Source: Eledone cirrhosa (Eukaryota). From it: 64,000 nt of DNA. The stretch covers positions 23,250,001-23,314,000 of the forward strand of contig OZ024754.1 in assembly GCA_964016885.1 (NCBI GenBank), written 5' to 3'. The notes under the pieces were generated by a model. That model searched no databases. It was given only the letters and a program-made list of their open reading frames with translations, and was not told where the DNA came from. This document shows, in pieces, positions 1-13,954 of the stretch. Within the stretch, counting starts at the first letter, position 1, and every line of letters begins with the position of its first letter. The translations under genes and the position numbers were made by a program.

Positions 1-3000
1 CCCAAGCCTTAGACGTAAACCCTAACCCCAAGCGTTAGACTTATACTTAAACCCCATCCCCAAGCGTTAGACTTAGACTTAAACCCTAACCCCAAGCCTT
101 AGACTTACACTTACACCCTAACCACAAGCCTTAGAATTAAACTTAAACACCAGCTACAAGCCTTAGACATAGTTTTAAACCCCAAACCTAACCCCAAGCC
201 TTAGACTTAAATCCTAACCCCAAGCGTTAGACTTTGTCTTAAACCACACACCCAAGACTTAGCCTTAGACTTAAACCCTAACCCCAAGCCGTAGACTTTA
301 TCCCTAAACCCAAGCCTTAGACGTAGACTTAAACCCCATCCCCAAGCGTTAGACTTAGACTTAAACCCTAACCCCAAGCCTTAGACTTACACTTACACCC
401 TAACCACAAGCCTTAGAATTAGACTTAAACCCCAACTACAAGTCTTACACATAGATTTAAACCCCAAACGTAACCCCAAGTCTTCAACTTAAACCTTAGC
501 CCCAAGCCTTAGACTTAAACCCTAACCCAAGCCTTAGACGTACACTTACATCCTAACACCAAGCCTTACACATAGACTTAAACCCCATCCCTAAGCCTTA
601 GACTTACACTTACACCCTAACAACAAGCCTTAGAATTACACTTAAACACCAGCTACAAGCCTTAGACATAGATTAAAACCCCAAACGTAACCATAAGTCT
701 TAGACTTAAATCCTAACCCCAAGCGTTAGACTTTGTCTTAAACCACACACCCAAGACTTAGCCTTAGACTTAAACCCTAACCCCATGCCTTAAACTTAGA
801 CTTAAACCCCAACCCCAAGCCGTAGACTTAATCCCTAAACCCAAGCCTTATACGTAGACTTACATCCTAACACCAAGCCTTAGACTTAGACTTAAACCCC
901 ATCCCCAAGCCTTACACTTACACCCTAACCACAAGCCTTAGAATTACACTTAAACCCCAGCTACAAGACTTAGACATAGATTTAAACCCAAAACCTAAAC
1001 CCAAGCCTTAGACTTAGTCTTAAACCCCAAACCCAAGACTTAAACTTGGACTTACATCCTAACCCCATGCCTTAAACTTAGACATAAACGCCAGCCCCAA
1101 GCCTTAGACTTAAAACCTAACCCTAAGCCTTAGACTTACACGTACACCCTAACCACAAGCATTAGAATTAGACTTAAACCCCAATTACAAGCCTTAGACA
1201 TAGATTTAAAACGCAAATCTAAACGCAAGTCTTCGGCATAAACCCTAACCCTAAGCCTTAGACTTAAACCCAAACCCCAAGCCTTAGACGTAGCCTTAAA
1301 CCCCAACACTAAGCCTTAGACTTAGACTTAAACCCTAACCCCAAGCTTTAGACATAGAGTTAACCCCCAACCTTAAGCCTTAGACTTAGACCTAAACCCT
1401 AACCCTAAGCCTTAGAGTTAAACCTTAACCCCAAGCCTTAGATTTAGCCTTAAACCCCAACCCTAAGCCTTAGACTTAGACATAAACCCTAGCCCCAAGC
1501 CGTAGACTTACACTTACACCCCAAACTTAGACATATACTTAAACCCTAACACCAAGCCTCAGACTTAAACGCTAACCCCAAACGTTAGACTTAGACTTAA
1601 ACCCCATCCCCAAGCCTTAGACTTAGACTTAAACCCTAACCCCAAGCCTTAGACTTACATTTACACCCTAACCATAAGCCGTAGAATTAGACTTACACCC
1701 CAACTACAAGCCATACACATAGATTTAAACCCCAAACCTAACCCCAAGTCTTAGACTTAAACCCTAACCCCAAGCCTTAGACTTATACCCTAATCCCAAG
1801 CCTTAAACTTAGACTTAAACCCCAACCCCAAGCCTTACACTTAGACTTAACTCCAAACCAAAGCCTTAAACTTAGACTTAAACCGTAACCCCAAGCCTCA
1901 GAAATAGACTTAAACCCCATCCCCAAGCCTTAGACTTACACTTACACTCTAACCACAAGCCTTAGAATTAGACTTAAACCGCAACTACAAGCCTTACACA
2001 TCGAATTAAACACCAAACCTAACCCCAAGTCTTAGACATTAACCGTAACCCCAAGCCTTAGACATAGACTTAAACCCCAACCACAAGACTTAGACTTAAA
2101 CCCTAACGCCATACCTTAAACTTATATTTAAACACAAACCCCAGACATTAGTCTTAGACCTAACTACAACCTCAAACCTTAAACTTAGACTTAAACCCTA
2201 ACCACAAGCCTCAGAAACAGACCTAAATCCCAACTCCAAGCCTTAAACTTAGACTTAAAACCTGAGCCCAAGCCTTAGACTTACACTTACACCCTAAACC
2301 CAAGCCTTAGACTTAAACCCTAACCCCAAACCTTAGACTTAGTCTTAAACCCCATCACTAAGCCTTAGACTTAGACTTAAACCCCATCCCCAAGCCTTAG
2401 ATTTACACTTACACCCTAACCACAAGCCTTAGAATTAGACTTAAACCCTAACCCCATGCCTTAAACTTAGACTTAAAACCTGAGCCCAAGCCTTAGACTT
2501 ACACTTACACCCTAACACCAAGAATTAGACGTAGACTTAAATCCTAAACCCAAACCTTAGACATAAACTTAAACCTCAACATTACGCCTTAGACTTAGAC
2601 TTAAACACAAACTACAAACCTTAGACAGATTTAAATCTCAAACCTATACGCAAGACTTAGACTTAAACCCTAACCCTAAGCCTTAGACTTACACCCTAAC
2701 TCCAAGCCTTAGACGTAGCCCTAAACCCCAACCCTAAGCCTTAGACTTAGACTTAAACCCTAACCACAAGCCTTAGAATTAGACTTAAAACCTAACCACA
2801 AGCTTTAAACTTAGACTTAAGCCCTAACCACAAGTTTAGACTTACATTTACACCCTAACCCCAAGATTTACACTTAGACTTAAACGCCAACATTAAGCCT
2901 TAGACTTAGACTTAAACCACAACCACAAGACTTAGACATAGATTTAAACCCCAAACCTAACCCAAAGTCTTAGACTTAAACCCTAACCCCAAGCCTTAGA

Positions 3001-6000
3001 CTTAGACTTAAACCCTAACCCCAAGACTTAGACTTAGACTCAAACCCCAAACTTAAGCCTTAGACTTAGACTTAAACCCTAACCCCAAGCCTTAGACATA
3101 CACTTAACCCCTGAGCCCAAGCCTTAGACTTACACCCCAACCACCCAACCACAAGCCTTAGACATAGATTCAAACCCCAAACCTAACCCCAAGATTTAGA
3201 CTTAAACGCCAACCCCAAGACATAGACTTAGACTTAAACCCTAAGCCCAAGCCTCAGACTTAAACGCTAACCCCAAGCCTTAGACTTAGACTTAAACCCC
3301 ATCCCCAAGCCTTTAGACTTAGACTTAAACCCTAACCCCGAGCCTTAGACTTATATTTACACCCTACCCATAAGCCGTAGAATTAGACTTAAACCCAAAA
3401 TACAAGCCATACATATAGATTTAAACCCCAAACCTAACCCCAAGCCTTAGACTTATACCCTTACCCCAAGCCTTAGACTTAGAATTAAACCCCAACCAAA
3501 ATACTTAGACTTAAACTTAAACCCTAAACCCATGCCTAAAACTTAGACTTAAACCCTAACCCCAAATCTTAGACTTACACTTACACCCTCACCCCAAGCC
3601 TTAGAATTAGACTTAATTAGACTTAATTAGACTTAGAATAGACCCCAACTCCAAGCTTTACACTTAGACTTAACTCCAACCTCAAGCCTTAAACTCTGAC
3701 TTAAACCCTAACCCCAAGCCTCAGGTATAGACTTAAAACCCAACCCCAAGCCTTTGAGTTAGACTCAAAGCCCAACTCTTAGCCTTAGATTAAACCTTAA
3801 CCCCGAGTCTTAGACTTAAACCCTAACCCAAAGCCTTAGACTTAGACTGAAACCCAATCCCCAAGCTTTAGACTTACACTTACACTCTATCCACAAGCCT
3901 TAGACTTAGAGTTAACTCCAACCACAGACCTTAAACTTAGACTTAAACCCTAACCCCATGCCTTAAACTTAGAATTAAACCGTAACCCCAAGCCTTAGAC
4001 TTACACTTACACGCTAACCACAAGCCTTAGAATTAGACTTAAACCCAAACTACAAGCCTTAAACATAGATTTCAACCCCAAACCTAACCCCAAGTCTTAG
4101 ACTTAAACCCTAACCACTAGACTTAGACTTAAACCCTAACCCCAAGCCTTAGACTTAGACTTAAACCCCAACCCCAAGACTTAGACTTAGACTTAAACCA
4201 TAACCCATGCCTTAAATTTAGACTTAAACACCAACCCCAAGCCTTAGATTTAGACTTAACTCCAACCCCAACACTTAAACTTAGACTTAAACACTAACCC
4301 CAAGCCTCGGAAATAGACTTAAACACCAACCCCAAGCCTTAGACATAGACTTACATCCCAACTCCTAGCCTTAGACTTAAACCCTAACCGCAAGCCTTAG
4401 ACTTAAACCCTAACCCCAAACCTTAGACTTAACCTTAAACCCCAACACTAAGTCTTAGAATTAGACTTAGACCCCAAATACAAGGCTTATACATAGATTT
4501 AAACACCAAACCTAACCCCAAGACTTAGACATAGACACTAACCCCAAGCCTAATGCTTAAACCCTTACCCAAGCCTTAGACTTAGACTTAAACCCTAACC
4601 CCAAGCCTTAGACTTACACTTACACCCTAACCACATGCCTTTGAATTAGACTTAAACCCTAACCCCATGCCTTAAACTTACACTTACACTCTAACAGCAA
4701 GTCTTAGACGTAGACTTAAACCCTAACCCCAAGCCTTAGACTTACTCTTACACCCAAACGACAAGCCTTAGAATTACACTTAAAACCTAACCCCAAGACT
4801 TAGACTTAGACTTAAACCACAACATTAAGCCTTGGACTTAGACTTAAACCACAACCACAAGACTTAGACATAGATTTAAACCCCAAACCTAACCCAAAGT
4901 CTTAGACTTAAACCCTAACCCCAAGCCTTAGACGTAAACCCTAACCCCAAGCGTTAGACTTAGACTTAAACCCCATCCCCAAGCGTTAGACTTAGACTTA
5001 AACACAAACACTAAGCCTTAGACTTACACTTACACCCTAACCACAAGACTTTGAATTAGACTTAAACCCCAACTACAAGCCTTACACATAGATTTAAACC
5101 CCAAACCTAACCCCAAGTCTTAGACTTAAACCTTAGCCCCAAGCCTTAGACTTAAACCCTAACCCCAAGCCTTAGACGTACACTTACATCCTAACCCCAA
5201 GCCTTAGACTTAGACTTAAACCCCATCCCCAAGCCTTAGACTTACACTTACACCCTAACCGCAAGCCTTAGAATTACACTTAAACACCAGCTACAAGCCT
5301 TAGACATAGATTTAAACCCCAAACCTAACCCCAAGTCTTAGACTTAAATCCTAACCCCAAGCGTTAGACTTGTCTTAAACCACACACCCAAGACTTAGAC
5401 TTAGACTTAAACCCTAACCCCATGCCTTAAACTCAGACTTAAACCCCAACCCCAAGCCGTAGACTTAATCCCTAAACCCAGACTTAACAAAGACTTAACT
5501 CCAACCCCAAGCCATAAACTTAGACTCAGAAATAGACTTAAACCCCAACGCCAAGTCTTTGAATTAGACTTAAACCCTAACCCCAAGCCTTAGACTTAGA
5601 CTTAAACCCCATCCCCAAGCGTTAGACTTACACCCTAACCACAAGCCTTAGAATTAGACTTAAACCCCAACTACAAGCCTTACACATAGATTTAAACACC
5701 GAAACATAACCCCAAATCTTAGACTTCAATCCTAACCCCAAGACTTAGACTTAAACCTTAACCCCATGCCTTAAATTTAGACCTAAACCCTAACCAGCCT
5801 CAGAAATAGACTTAAACCCCAACACCAAGCCTTTGAATTACACTTAAAACCTAACCCCAGGCCTTAGACTTAGACGTAAATCCCAACTCCTAGCCTTAGA
5901 TTTAAACTCTAACCCGAAGCGTTAGACTTAAGCCCTAACCCCAACCATTAGACTTAGACTTAAACCCCATCCCCAAGCCTTAGACTTAAACTTACACCCT

Positions 6001-9000
6001 AACCACAAGCCTTAGAATTAGACTTACATCCCAAATACAAGACTTAGAATTAGACATAAATCATAACCCCAAGCCTTGGACTTAGACTTAAACCCAAACC
6101 CCAAGAAATAGACTTAAACCCAAACCCCAAGACTTAGACTTAGACTTAAACCCTAACCCCAAGCCTTAGACATAGACTTAAACCACAACCTTAACCCTTA
6201 GACTTAGACTTAAACCCAAACTATAAGCCTTAGACATAGATTTAAACCCCAAAACTAACCCCAAGTCTTAGACTTAAACCCTAATCCCAAGCCTTAGACT
6301 TAAACCCTAACCTAAAACCTTAGACTTAGCATTAAACCCAACCCTAAGCCTTAGACTTAGACTTAAACCCTAACTCCAAGCCTTAGACTTAAACTTACAC
6401 CCTAACCACAAGCCTTAGAATTAGACTTACACCCTAACCACAAGCCTTAGAATTAGACATAAACCATAACCACAAGCCTTAAACTTAGACTTAAACCCTA
6501 ACTCCAAGCCTTAGACTTAAACTTACACCCTAACCACAAGCCTTAGAATTAGACTTACACCCTAACCACAAGCCTTAGAATTAGACATAAACCATAACCA
6601 CAAGCCTTAAACTTAGACTTAAACCATAACTACAAGCCTTAGACTTACACTTACACCCTAACCTTAAGCCTTAGAATTAGACTTAAACCCCAACTACAAG
6701 CCTTACACATAGATTTAAACCCCAAACCTAACCCCAAGTCTTAGACTTAAACCCAAACCCCAAGCCTTACACATAGACTTAACTCCAACCCCAAGCCATG
6801 AACTTAGACTTAAACCCTAACACCAAGCCTCAGAAATAGACTTAAACCCCAAAGCCAAGTCTTTGAATTAGACTTAAACCCTAACCCCAAGCCTTAGACT
6901 TAGACTTGAATCCCAACTCCTAGCATTAGACTTGAACCCTAACCACAAGCCTTAGATATAAACCCTAACCCCAAGCCTTAGACTTACGCTTACACCCTAA
7001 CACCAAGAAGTAGACGTAGACTTAAAGCCTAACCCGAAACCTTAGTCATAGACTTAAACCTCAACCTTACGCCTTAGACTTAGACTTAAACCCAAACTAC
7101 AAGCCTTAGACATAGATTTGAACCCCAAACCTAACCACAAGTCTTAGACTTAGAACCTAGCCACAAGCCTTAGACTTAAACCCTAACCCCAAAACTTAGA
7201 CTTAGCCTTAAACCCCAATACTAAGGCTTAGACTTAGACTTAAACCCTAACCCCAAGCCTTAGACTTACACTTACATCCTAACCACAACCCTTTGAATTA
7301 GACTTAGACCCTAACACCATGCATTAAACTTAGACTTAAACCCCGAGCCCATGCCTTAGACTTACACTTACACCCTAACACCAAGACTTAGACGTAGACT
7401 TAAACCCTAACGTCAAGCCTTAGACATAGACTTAAACCCCAACCTTAATCCTTAGACTTAGACTTAAACCCAAACTACAAGCCTTAGACATAGATTTGAA
7501 CCCCAAACCTAACCGCAAGGCTTAGACTTAAACCCTAACCCCAAGTCTTAGACTTAAACCCTAACCCCAAGCCTTAGACATAGACTTAAACCCCAACCTT
7601 AAGCCTTAGACTTAGACTTAAACCCAAACTAAAAGCCTTAGACATAGATTTGAACTCCAATCCTAACCGCAAGTCTTAGACTTAAACCCTAACCCCAAGC
7701 CTTAGACATAGACTTAAACGACAACCTTAAGCCTTAGGCTTAGACTTAAACCCAAACTACAAGCCTTAGACATAGATTTGAACCCCAAACCTAACCGCTA
7801 GTCTTAGACTTAAACCCTAACCCCAAGTCTTAGACTTAAACCCTAACCCCAAGCCTTATACATAGACTTAAACGACAACCTTAAGCCTTAGACTTAGACT
7901 TAAACCCAAACTACAAGCCTTAGACATAGATTTGAACCCCAAACCTAACCGCTAGTCTTAGACTTAAACCCTAACCCCAAGCCTTAGACTTACACTTACA
8001 CCCTAACCCCAAGACTTAGACTTAGACTTAAACCCTAACACCAAGCCTCAGACAAAGACTTAAAACCCAAACCCAAGCCTTTGAATTAGACTTAAACCCC
8101 AACCCCATGCCTTAGAATTAGACTTAAAGCCCAACTCCTAGCCTTAGACTTAAACTCTAACCCCAATCCTTCGACTTAGACCCTAAGACCAAGCCTTAAA
8201 CTTAGACTTAAACACTAACCGCAAGTCTTAGAATCACATTTACACCCTAACCACCAGACTTAGACTTACACTTACTCCCTAACCACAAGCCTTAGACTTA
8301 GACTTAAACCCTAACCCCAAGCCTCAGACATGGACTTAAAACCCAACCCCAAGCCTTTTAGTTAGACTTAAATCCCAACCCCATGCCTTAGACTTAGACG
8401 TAAAGCACATCTCCTAGCCTTAGACTTAAACCCTAACCCAAGCCTTAGACTTAGACTTAAACCCCATCCCCAAGCCTTAGACTTAGATTTAAACCCTAAC
8501 CCCAAGCCTTAGACTTACACTTACACCCTAACCACCAGACTTAGATTTACACTTACACCCTAACCACAAGCCTTAGACTTAGACTTAAAACCCAACCTTA
8601 AGCCTTAGACTTAGACTTAATCCCTAACCCCAAGCCTCAGACATAGACTTAAACCCCAACACCAAGCCTTTTAGTTAGACTTAAATCCCAACCCCATGCC
8701 TTAGACTTAGACGTAAAGCACATCTCCTAGCCTTAGAATTAAACCCTAACCCCAAGCCTTAGACTTAGACTTAAACCCCATCCCCAAGCATTAGACTTAG
8801 ATTTAAACCCTAACCCTAAGCCTTAGACTTACACTTACACGCTAACCACAAGACTTCGACTACGACTTAAACCCTAACACCAAGCCTCAGACATAGACTT
8901 AAACCACAACCCCAAGCCTTTGAGTTAGACTTAAATCCCAACACCATGCCTTAGACATAGACTTAAAGCCTAACTCCTAGCCTTAGACTTAAACCCTAAC

Positions 9001-11006
9001 CCTAAGCCTTAGACTTAGACTTAAACCCTAAACCCAAGCCTTAGACTTACACTTACACCCTAACCACAAGCCTTAGAATTTGAATTAAACCCCAACTACA
9101 AGCCTTACACATAGATTTAAACCCCAAACCTAGCCCCAAGTCTTAGACTTAAACCCTAGCCCTAAGCCTTAGACTTAAACCCTAACTCCAAGCCTTAGAA
9201 TTAGACATAAACCCAAACCCCAAGCCTTAGACATAGATTTAACCCCCAACCCTTAACCTTAGACTTAGACTTAAACCCCAACTACAAGCCTTAGTCATAG
9301 ATTTAAACCCCAAACCTAACCCCAAGTCTTAGACTTAAACCCTAACCCCAAGATTTAGACTTAAACCCAACCCCAAGCCTTAGACTTAGACTAAAACCCT
9401 AACCTCTAGTCTTAGACTTACACTTACACCCTAACCACAAGACTTAGAATTAGACTTAAACCCCAACCCCAAGCCTTAGACTTAAACCCTAAGCCCAAGC
9501 CTTAGACTTAAACCCTAAGCCCAAGCCTTAGACTTAGATTTAAACCCTAACCCCATGCCTTAGACTTACACTTACACCCTAACCACAAGCCTTAGAATTA
9601 GACATAAACCCAAACCCCAAGCCTTAGACATAGATTTAACCCCCAACCCTTAACCTTAGACTTAGACTTAAACCCCAACTACAAGCCTTAGTCATAGATT
9701 TAAACCCTAAACCTAACCCCAAGTCTTGGACTTAAACCCTAACCCCAGGATTTAGACTTAAACCCAACCCCAAGCCTTAGACTTAGACTAAAACCCTAAC
9801 CTCTAGTCTTAGACTTACACTTACACCCTCACCACAAGACTTAGAATTAGACTTAAACCCCAACCTTAAGCCTTAGACTTAGACTTAAACCCCCACCCCA
9901 AGCCTTAGACTTAAACCCTAACCCCAAGCCTTAGACTTAGCCTTAAACCCCAACTACAAGCCTTAGACTTAATCCGCAACCTCAAGATTTAGGCATAGAT
10001 TTAAACCCCAAACTCAAGCCTTAGACTTAGACGTAAACCCCGACCCTAAGACTTAGACTTAGAGTTGAACTCAAAATCCAACCTTAGATGTAGTCTTAAA
10101 CCCCGAACCCAATCATTAGACTTAGACTTAAACCCCAACCACAAGCCTTAGTCTTAGACTTTAACGGCCACCCTAGCCTTAGACTTACACTTAAACCCCA
10201 ACTCCAAGCCTTAGACATAGACTGAAACCCCAGCCGCTTTCCTTTGAATTAAACCTTAATCCTTAGACTTAAATCCCCAACCCAACCATTAGTCTTAAAC
10301 TCTAACCCCAAGACTTAGACTTAAACCCCAACACCAAGCGTTAGACTTAGACCCCAAACCCAAGCCTTAGATTTGGACTTAAACCCTAACCCCAAGCCTT
10401 AGACTTACACTTACACCCCAACTACAAGCCTTATTCTTAAACCCAAACCCCAATCCTTAGATATAGACTTAAACGAGAGCCCCAAGCCTTAGACTTACAC
10501 TTACTCCCTAAGCCCAAGCCTTAGACTTAGACTTAAACCCCAACCATAAGCATAAGATTTAGACTTAAACACCAACTCCAAGCCTTAGACTTAACCCCTA
10601 ACCCAAGCTTTAGACTTAAACCCTAATCCCAAGCCTTAGATTTAGACTTAACCCCAACCCCAAGCCTTAGACTTACACTTACACCCTAACCCCAAGACTT
10701 AGACTGAGACTTAAACCCCAACCCCAAGCCTTAAACTTAGACTTAAACCCTAACCCCAAGCCTCAGACATAGACTTAAACCCCAACCCCAAGCCTTTGAG
10801 TTAGACTTAAACCCCAACCCCAAGCCTTAGACTTAGACTTAAAGCCCAACTCCTAGCCTTAGACTTAAACCCTAACCCCAAGCCTTAGACTTAAACCCTA
10901 ACCCCAAATCTTTAGACTTAGACTTAAACCCCATCCTCAAGCCTTAGACATAGACTTAAACCCGAACCCCAAGTCCTCGACTTACACTTACACCATAACC
11001 ACAAGC
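1..11006 (+). repeat. Degenerate telomere-like (subtelomeric) satellite; basic unit ~26-32 bp CCCTAA-CCCCAAG-CCTTAGA-(CTTAGA)-CTTAAA; open at the window start
   Basis: Continuous array of CCCTAA/CCCCAA/CTTAGA/CTTAAA/CTTACA variants. Ends abruptly at ...accacaagc (11006). Confidence 0.95.
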
Positions 11007-13881
11007 GATTGAAAGGAGAAGGGAGACTATGGATACTCACAGAGAAAATAACAAGGACGAATACACAGACACACAAAATAAAGTAGAGAATAACAATGAG
11101 CCATGAGTAATAATGAGACAACCATGTGGATGTTGGTGGAAATAGAAATAGAAACAACACAACTAACAATAACAATAGCACTAGTACACATAAAGCAGCA
11201 GCCTGGAACTCTACTTTTTATAATCCCTCCGATAAGTCGTTCGACCTGCGACGAGTCCACGCCACGACTTTAGCTTTTAACAAACGCACGCAATTGCCGT
11301 CGCAGGTCGATAAACAAACAGAAGCACAATTTAGTATAGCTAGATCTAAACTTAGAAATATTGTAGAACAGTATAGCAAGAAGCAAAATAGAATGGAGGC
11401 CCAACAACTGGGAGAAAAATCTGCAAATGTCTTGCGTAAGCTCATGCAGCGCTCGCGTAATGGAGAGATTGCATGCTTTCCAACAGACAAGTCTGGCAGA
11501 ATGTCGGTTGGCAGTCTGTCAAACTACATCCAGGCAATGCAACCCACATAACTAACACAAGAGACGTAACACCACAAGAGCATGAGGATAGGGAGAAAAC
11601 CCTCAATGACCATATGATGATGTGGACAAACATAATGCAGCCCAATAAAAGGACTGCCATCAACTTCCAGGCCTGGAACAATGACGTGCCAGCGTTGTAT
11701 GGGCTTCGAAAAGACCATAAGACGAGCAGTGACCCTGTCACAGGACCACCAACACAGCCAGTCTGTGGAGCTAACATTGCTAGTAACTACAGACTTTCCT
11801 ACTTCCTCTCCCTGATCATACGCCCCATCATTGAAATGTCCCCAGATATATGACAGCACGGAGGACCTCCTCAGTAGAATCAGCGAAAATAACCGATCTA
11901 GGGACCTAACAGACTGTATAATAGGTAGTATGGATATTGTGTCCCTATATCCATCCATTGACGTGGATTTTGCTGTGGAGAAATGCGTAGAAAAAAATCA
12001 GTGAGAGCAATGTTGAATTCCGTGGGATTGATACATATGAGCTGGGACTCCTAGTTAAATTTACTTCTAGTAATGATTAGCTAGAAACATATGACCTTAG
12101 CAACCTGTGCCCTACAAGACCAGTAAGAGGCAGACCACCTACCATTACCTCAATGGCCAAGAAAACCCACATAGAAAGATGGAACTGGTGTACCAGAGCC
12201 ATACGGACCCCCGAAAACCACGATGAACTAAAGAAAATGATTGCAAATGCGGTGGGAGCCAGCATAAAACTAACCCTAACTTCCTCAAGGAACATATGTT
12301 CAAATTTAATGGAAAAACATATGCCCACGAGGAGGGAGCAGCCATTGGTATTAGCATTGCAGGTGACATAGCTAACCTATTCATGGTATGGTGGGACAAT
12401 AAACTTAAACTTAAACTTAAAGAACAATTAGAAGACAGCAACCTCTTAACCCTGATAATGTACTCCCGCCTCGTTGATGATATAAACATCGTAGTAAAAA
12501 CACCCCCCACTAGAGAACAGTCAGGAATTAGAGAAAAACAACATGGAAAGCATCAGGCAAATAGCTAACTCCATCCACCAGAGTATTAGAGTTACTATAG
12601 ACTACCCAAGCAAACACCCCAACCATCGATTACCTGTACTAGACACAGAGCTCTGGTTAGAAACCATTAATAACAAAAAACAAATCCTCCATTCCCATTA
12701 TGCCAAAACAATGACTTCCAAATATCTGATCCACCGAAACTCAGCTGTTTCGGATCACACCAAAATCAACATACTGATTGCGGATTTGGTACGGGTGATG
12801 AGAAACATGTCCCGCATGTGCAACCCCAAAGAACTAGAAAGACACATACAACACTTAATCCACCGTATGCAGTTATCTGGTTACGATCAGAGAGATAAAA
12901 TCAGAGTATATAGAGGAGCCAGAACCAAATGGGAAAAAATGGTAAATAATGACACAAATGGGACCTGCCCCTTGTATAGGAGCAAATTTTGGAATAGAAT
13001 AGAAAGAACTAGAAATAAGGTTAATAGAATAAACTGATGGTATGATAGCAATAAATACCAGAGTGTAATGTTCATCAATACAACCCTAGAGGTGAATTAG
13101 CTTACAAATTTAGAAGGGCCCTAGATAAACATAAACTCAATATTAAGATAGTAGAAAGACCAGGTACCTCCATAAAAACACTTATTAGCAAGACATACCC
13201 TTTTCAAAGACCCCCTGTATAGATAAGAAATGTATAACCTGTAAATTAAGCCCCCATATTAACTGTAAAACTAGAAATGTAGTATATAGCATAAGATGTA
13301 CTGAAGGACAATGTAGAGACAAAAATATAATGTACGTAGGTGAGACAGCTCGTAGTATAGGAGAACGATTAAATGAACACTGGCGAGAGCTTCAAGATAA
13401 AAAAGAATCAATACTCCACCAACATGCTAAAATAGAACATAAGGGCAAATTAGAGGACATAGAAATAAAAATAGAATCTACACACAGAAAAGACGCAATG
13501 TTTAGACAAATCACAGAGGCAATAATCATAAATTAAATAGAAAACATGAATGGAATAGCAACATCACAACTTACAATTAAGAACAAAATGAAAACACACA
13601 CACACATAGAACAAACAACCAACCACTAACATGTAAATAAACAAATAAATAAACAAATAAAAACACACACAGACACCCGGATGTAACACATGCGCAAAGT
13701 AAGCACACAACACACACAAAAACAAGATGGCGTAGGACAGAACAAAAGCGAGGCACAACACAAAGAAATGAATCCCCAGTCACTGAAGAGGTCACAGAAT
13801 GTGTGACGAAAGAACTTTGACAATATATGAACAACCGTCCGGTTATAGAACCAACCAACCAACCGGAAATTTCCAAAGCAT

Positions 13882-13887
<6 letters not shown>
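11007..13887 (+). mobile_element. Penelope-like retroelement (RT + GIY-YIG endonuclease), 5'-truncated and frameshifted, probably Naiad-like, with 3' pLTR
   Basis: Motifs in order across frames: IACFPTDKSG, PALYGLRKDHK..GPPTQPVC, STEDL, SMDIVSLYPSI, EGAAIG, YSRLVDD, LPVLD, CKTRNVVY..C..C..MYVGETARSIGERLNEH, HEWN. The 3' end runs into (TA)n. Clade name is from recalled motif style only. Confidence 0.9.
13779..13821 (+). ncRNA. Type I minimal hammerhead ribozyme in the PLE pLTR
   Basis: GTCA-CTGAAGA-G-GTCAC..GTGAC-GAAA-GAAC-TT-TGAC: stem I GTCA/TGAC, stem II GTCAC/GTGAC, both core boxes present. Confidence 0.75.

Positions 13888-13950
<63 letters not shown>

Positions 13951-13954
<4 letters not shown>

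Noticed and set aside
13035-13037. In-frame TGA followed by continued PLE coding (RIN*WYDSNKYQSVMF), raising the idea of a selenoprotein Naiad
   Set aside because: Not an evident Cys position; the Cys before DKS is TGC. The copy has several frameshifts and other stops, and no SECIS was recognised.
10924-13078. Minus-strand ORFs overlapping the PLE, and similar antisense ORFs over other LINEs
   Set aside because: Shadow frames of compositionally biased retroelement coding sequence, with no motifs.
11007-13560. Telomerase RT or Athena element, suggested by the adjacent telomere-like repeats
   Set aside because: Has a C-terminal GIY-YIG endonuclease and PLE-type motifs; no TERT T/CP motifs seen.
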